Shown here piece after piece: positions 61,301-64,000 of a stretch of 64,000 nucleotides of DNA. Where the stretch lies: the NCBI RefSeq assembly GCF_025751585.1, contig NZ_JAOWKX010000009.1, forward strand, positions 101,661 through 165,660, written 5' to 3'. Numbering within the stretch: the first letter of the stretch is position 1; every line of letters starts with the position of its first letter. The translations under genes were made by a program, and so were the position numbers. The notes under the pieces were generated by a model. That model searched no databases. It saw nothing but the letters and a program-made list of their open reading frames with translations, and had not been told where the DNA came from. The DNA is from Fluctibacter corallii (lineage in GTDB: Bacteria; Pseudomonadota; Gammaproteobacteria; Enterobacterales; Alteromonadaceae).

Positions 61301-62990
61301 GGCCAACCGTGAAAAAGTACGCTTGTTCGGTGAGGCGTTCAAACATACCCGCGATTGGGTAATGATTTTAAATCGTCATTATAAGCCTGTTGCTGCCAAT
61401 GCGGCCTTTAACGAAGCCTTTGGTATCAACGAAGAGGCTGAATTAGAAGAACAAGTGGCAGAAGTTATGCAGCTTGGAACAAAAAATCAGCCTAACTTCT
61501 GGAAGAAATTGTACAACCTCAACACAGAAGAACACTGGAAAGGCGAAGAGAACCTTCAAACGAAGATTGGGCTTGGCGGCCATGTGTTGATTACCCTAAC
61601 CAGTATAGACGGCAATAAAAGCGAAGGTGGTGCAGATTTTTACTTATTGATCATGTCTGATATCACCGAGCAAAAACGTGCAGAAAATAAACTCCGTAGG
61701 CTGGCAAGTTATGACAGTTTAACGGGGTTACCGAATCGTACATTATTGCTCGATAGAGTTAACCACGCCATTGACCAATGCAAGCGACAACAAAAAGCGT
61801 TGGGCTTATTTTTTATTGATCTTGATCGCTTTAAACAGGTAAATGACAGCTTGGGCCACAAGGCAGGTGATGAGCTATTGGAGATCATTGCCCAGCGATT
61901 AAAGGCCTTATTACGCCAAGATGATACGGTGGCAAGACTGGGCGGTGATGAGTTTGTGGTGGTGCTTGAAAATGTAAAAGAACCATCGAAATTGAGTGCA
62001 TTGGCGAGTGAAATGATCTCAGTGCTCGAAGCGCCTGTCACGTTAGGACAACAAGTGGTGAGTGTTTCTTCCAGCATCGGAATTGCCTTATTTCCCGGTG
62101 ATGCTGCCGATGCCGAGTCGTTATTGCGTAATGCTGATATCGCAATGTATCACGCCAAAGAGCAAGGGCGAAGTGGCTACCAGTACTTTACCGAGCATAT
62201 GAATTTTCAAGCACAACAACGTCTTGAACTAGAGAACAAAGTTAAACAGGGGTTCAAAAACGACGAATTTTATAATTTTTATCAACCTATTATCGATGCC
62301 GAAACCGGAACGGTTGATGGCTTTGAGCTGTTGATGCGATGGGAGCATGACGGTGTGTTTATTCCGCCTGATGTGTTTATTCCCGTTGCAGAAGAGTTGG
62401 GGTTGATTGAAAAAATGACATTTAACGCGATATCGCGTGCACTACCGCTTATTGCTAGTTGGCAAGCTTGTGGACGCTCGATTTACCTTTCGGTTAATTT
62501 GTCAGCGAGACATTTTGACCGGCAAATGTCATTGGAAGAGATTGCTGACATGTTGGCGTCTCATGATTTATCGGTGTCAAACTTACGTTTTGAAATTACT
62601 GAAGGCGCGCTTATGCGTGATTATGAGCGTGCGCAAGCCTATATGAGTAGCATGACCAACTATGGATTTGTGATTGCTTTGGATGACTTTGGAACAGGCT
62701 ACTCCTCGTTGAAATATCTGAAGGAATTTCCGATAGATGTATTAAAAATCGATAAGAGCTTTGTTGAAGACATTGGTTATGACACCAGTGACGAAGCGAT
62801 CATCAAGGCGACATTGAGTATGGCAGACAGTTTAAATATGCAGTGTGTGGCTGAGGGTATTGAAGAGCTCAAACATATTGAGTTTCTTACTCGGTATGGC
62901 TGTGAAAAATTTCAGGGATATTATTTTTCTCGACCCGTCGCAGCGGAAGATACCATGGCGTTAACGCAAGAATCGTGGCAATTCGATTAA
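58380..62990 (+). CDS. Large periplasmic beta-propeller sensor - transmembrane - PAS - GGDEF - EAL signalling protein
   Basis: 1536 aa. Repeated propeller blades (LWVAT/LWIGS..) form a periplasmic domain of about 800 aa. This is followed by a single transmembrane helix, PAS region(s), GGDEF (RLGGDEFVV) and an EAL domain (ELL variant, DDFGTGYSS, EGIE, QGYY). Confidence 0.8.
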   Translation: MAIPALINRKIRNIKHVDVIRYVVVIVLFCMSWLTYATPLLNEPKFSVLSTASGLTQDSVTSLLVDQRGYLWVATHGGLNRFDGYQVKPVLGSDQVFKDITIDNVFMSKSGSIFVSSSVAGIHVLNPNTLESTRLGDWKLLSQPDFYDYASDFFAPQNSDRLLIALNERVIERRGNKNRVIYSLDDTDVFRGQAIRKIWANDNILLLATTSGLFGVNLKNGESKRIHHTRPVTENSNNQNVKLLRVDDGKTLWIGSVEGLYKSNLRGVENYILGKTDTVNVERVIETLNIWKMLPVDKQFYYVATDDGLYKLAPQTGKLIHLFRLTDSREYISDNNIVDMLLDKRGNLWLATRYDGAIYWVSRSTHFSNLTTNQNLASVSENKGQLSSGVVQSLYQSDKDTLWVGTRNGLNRVDVDTQKAAQFLVNQDKKALESNSTVYQVLPATANHLWLVTLNKLLLFDANTGAVVPPMFANKKAEELLSNNVWYAYKGHNDLLWVVTDFGVVTYSPETGEIHFVDGINEQLPVLDIYKIFDDIDKPDSFLIAAERALYRYHINDNTLTKVHSLTSDMLVKDLAPDSVVMCDKGLLWIAYPGHGLVAIDPSTGEEKVTLNRNNVLPTSVVYGLTKDRQGNIWMSSHQGILKLYPQNKHVQQFTVLDGIVTNEFNQGANLKLLDGRIVYGSQKGLTLFNPSQFQKSNQTAYHTWITEISIAGQPLEVSEHDDGTKYIELEHDQVGLEIRYSTLNYDSIQNTRYEYQLEGEERVLYPATKEPKVTFPTLKPGDYVFAVTAIDPITGKRSLPATLSIQVFHPPWASPVAYSFYVLLSLILLISWWSRRHIQERQIRDSHNEALKSRNRLTMALTASNSNIWEWDARKRLYYAPRMSDELGYGDLGNDISFDKHVSLIHASDRELYLQRWHYFIDNQAMGFDVTYRLKSQNGEWQWYRDVGSVVSDSHDPDHIVVSGTYTNVTESMANREKVRLFGEAFKHTRDWVMILNRHYKPVAANAAFNEAFGINEEAELEEQVAEVMQLGTKNQPNFWKKLYNLNTEEHWKGEENLQTKIGLGGHVLITLTSIDGNKSEGGADFYLLIMSDITEQKRAENKLRRLASYDSLTGLPNRTLLLDRVNHAIDQCKRQQKALGLFFIDLDRFKQVNDSLGHKAGDELLEIIAQRLKALLRQDDTVARLGGDEFVVVLENVKEPSKLSALASEMISVLEAPVTLGQQVVSVSSSIGIALFPGDAADAESLLRNADIAMYHAKEQGRSGYQYFTEHMNFQAQQRLELENKVKQGFKNDEFYNFYQPIIDAETGTVDGFELLMRWEHDGVFIPPDVFIPVAEELGLIEKMTFNAISRALPLIASWQACGRSIYLSVNLSARHFDRQMSLEEIADMLASHDLSVSNLRFEITEGALMRDYERAQAYMSSMTNYGFVIALDDFGTGYSSLKYLKEFPIDVLKIDKSFVEDIGYDTSDEAIIKATLSMADSLNMQCVAEGIEELKHIEFLTRYGCEKFQGYYFSRPVAAEDTMALTQESWQFD

Positions 62991-63004
62991 TGTGGTCTTT
63001 AGTT

Positions 63005-63808
63005 TTACTTAAATCGAAAAGGTAATGATTCAAACTTACCAAATGGTTTGGCACGGTAAACCGCAAAATGTAAGTGTGGGAGAGACGAAAAGCCAGTATT
63101 GCCTGAGTATCCAATCATGTCTCCGGCTTTCACCGATTGCCCCAGTGAGACGGCCGCTCCGTTGTATTTGAGGTGATAGTACTCGCCCGTTGTGCGGTCG
63201 CTATGCAAAATCACGATGTAGTTAGCATATTTGGCGTAGCGTCTGCTGGCTCCGCCTTGGTTGTGATGCTCGGCTATGTCAATCACTACACCATCTCGCG
63301 CGGCATGAATGGGTGTACCAATTGGCATGTCAAAATCAATTGCATAGCGAGATGCGCCCGAATGGCTATAGCTGCCTCTAAATCCTTGCACGATGGGGAA
63401 GTACTGTCCTTTAGCATACGGTTTTAAATAAGCTATATCATCGTGCGTTGCGTGCATATCTCCGGGCGCCCAAAAAAACGCATCGTGATATGAAAACGGG
63501 AGGTGCTGCCGTGCCTTGGTCAGAGACAGAAACAATTGCCGTGTATTGCCTTCTACCACCACAGAACGCTCAAAGGTGTTGCCTTTAGCGTTGTCTGCCA
63601 ATTTTTGGCTGTCTAACAGGTTTTCCCCTGACACACGTAACGAGGCAGTAAAGGGATAGGCACGTTTGTTTTCCACATAAAACTGCACACCATCAACAGT
63701 TTCACTAGATTCAATACACGCCCATTGTTCAATACAATAGGCGTTGGCGGTGTTACGTGATGCGATTACTACGAATAAACTAAGTACTACTCGCGTAATC
63801 ACATTCAT
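63005..63808 (-). CDS. M23-family metallopeptidase (secreted)
   Basis: Signal peptide, HxxxD and the HLHF motif of LytM/M23 peptidases. Confidence 0.75.
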   Translation of the reverse strand: MNVITRVVLSLFVVIASRNTANAYCIEQWACIESSETVDGVQFYVENKRAYPFTASLRVSGENLLDSQKLADNAKGNTFERSVVVEGNTRQLFLSLTKARQHLPFSYHDAFFWAPGDMHATHDDIAYLKPYAKGQYFPIVQGFRGSYSHSGASRYAIDFDMPIGTPIHAARDGVVIDIAEHHNQGGASRRYAKYANYIVILHSDRTTGEYYHLKYNGAAVSLGQSVKAGDMIGYSGNTGFSSLPHLHFAVYRAKPFGKFESLPFRFK

Positions 63809-63820
63809 TATGTTGCTCTG

Positions 63821-64000
63821 TTATTTAAGTATGGCATTGACGTGGTTTGCAAACGGCTCCGCTTTCATAAAGCCAGTTACGCGCCCCGCCGTGAGTTCAT
63901 TACCGCTTTCGTCAAAAAAGAGAATGGTTGGCAAACCTAAAATGTCAAAATGTTCCTGAAAAGCAATATTGGTTGGCGTGTTATCAGTCAGGTCAATTTG
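63821..64000 (-). CDS. dsbD: Thiol:disulfide interchange protein DsbD, C-terminal end (5' part outside window)
   Basis: The minus-strand translation ...GLPTILFFDESGNELTAGRVTGFMKAEPFANHVNAILK* matches the C-terminal thioredoxin-like tail of DsbD. Confidence 0.55.
   Translation of the reverse strand, partial: QIDLTDNTPTNIAFQEHFDILGLPTILFFDESGNELTAGRVTGFMKAEPFANHVNAILK

Noticed and set aside
1-64000. CRISPR arrays, rRNA genes, canonical tRNA genes
   Set aside because: No regularly spaced direct repeats, no rRNA-like conserved blocks, and no canonical tRNA cloverleaf with CCA were seen on reading through. The only tRNA-like structures are the two rtc-leader elements.

Overview
This 64 kb window is a chromosomal segment from a marine gammaproteobacterium (Alteromonadales-like). 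GC content is roughly mid-40s and lower inside an inserted region. Most of the window is syntenic housekeeping DNA. The clearly recognisable core genes are uvrD, cysE, the dapF-lysA cluster, mpl-fbp, hppA/ppa, ssb, uvrA, purHD, fis-dusB-prmA, accBC-aroQ, upp and acpH. There are also three c-di-GMP signalling proteins, a methyl-accepting chemotaxis protein (MCP) and several transporters. Between ppa (ends 20097) and ssb (ends 34958) lies an AT-rich accessory block of about 14.8 kb. It has no integrase or transposase. It contains two things worth a second look. The first (about 21.0-23.7 kb) is an uncharacterised three-gene module: a radical SAM enzyme with SPASM-like C-terminal cysteines, a small two-helix membrane protein with a PH-like domain, and a 388-aa secreted low-complexity Ala/Val/Gly7 protein. 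The second (27.2-34.8 kb) is an expanded RtcR-controlled RNA-repair locus: rtcR, then two tandem tRNA-like (Y-RNA-like) elements, a tandem-SPFH protein, rtcB, rtcA, a Pol-beta nucleotidyltransferase and a HEAT-like protein. No rRNA, canonical tRNA, CRISPR array or IS element was found. All calls rest on reading the six-frame ORF translations, motif recognition and synteny; no database search was run.
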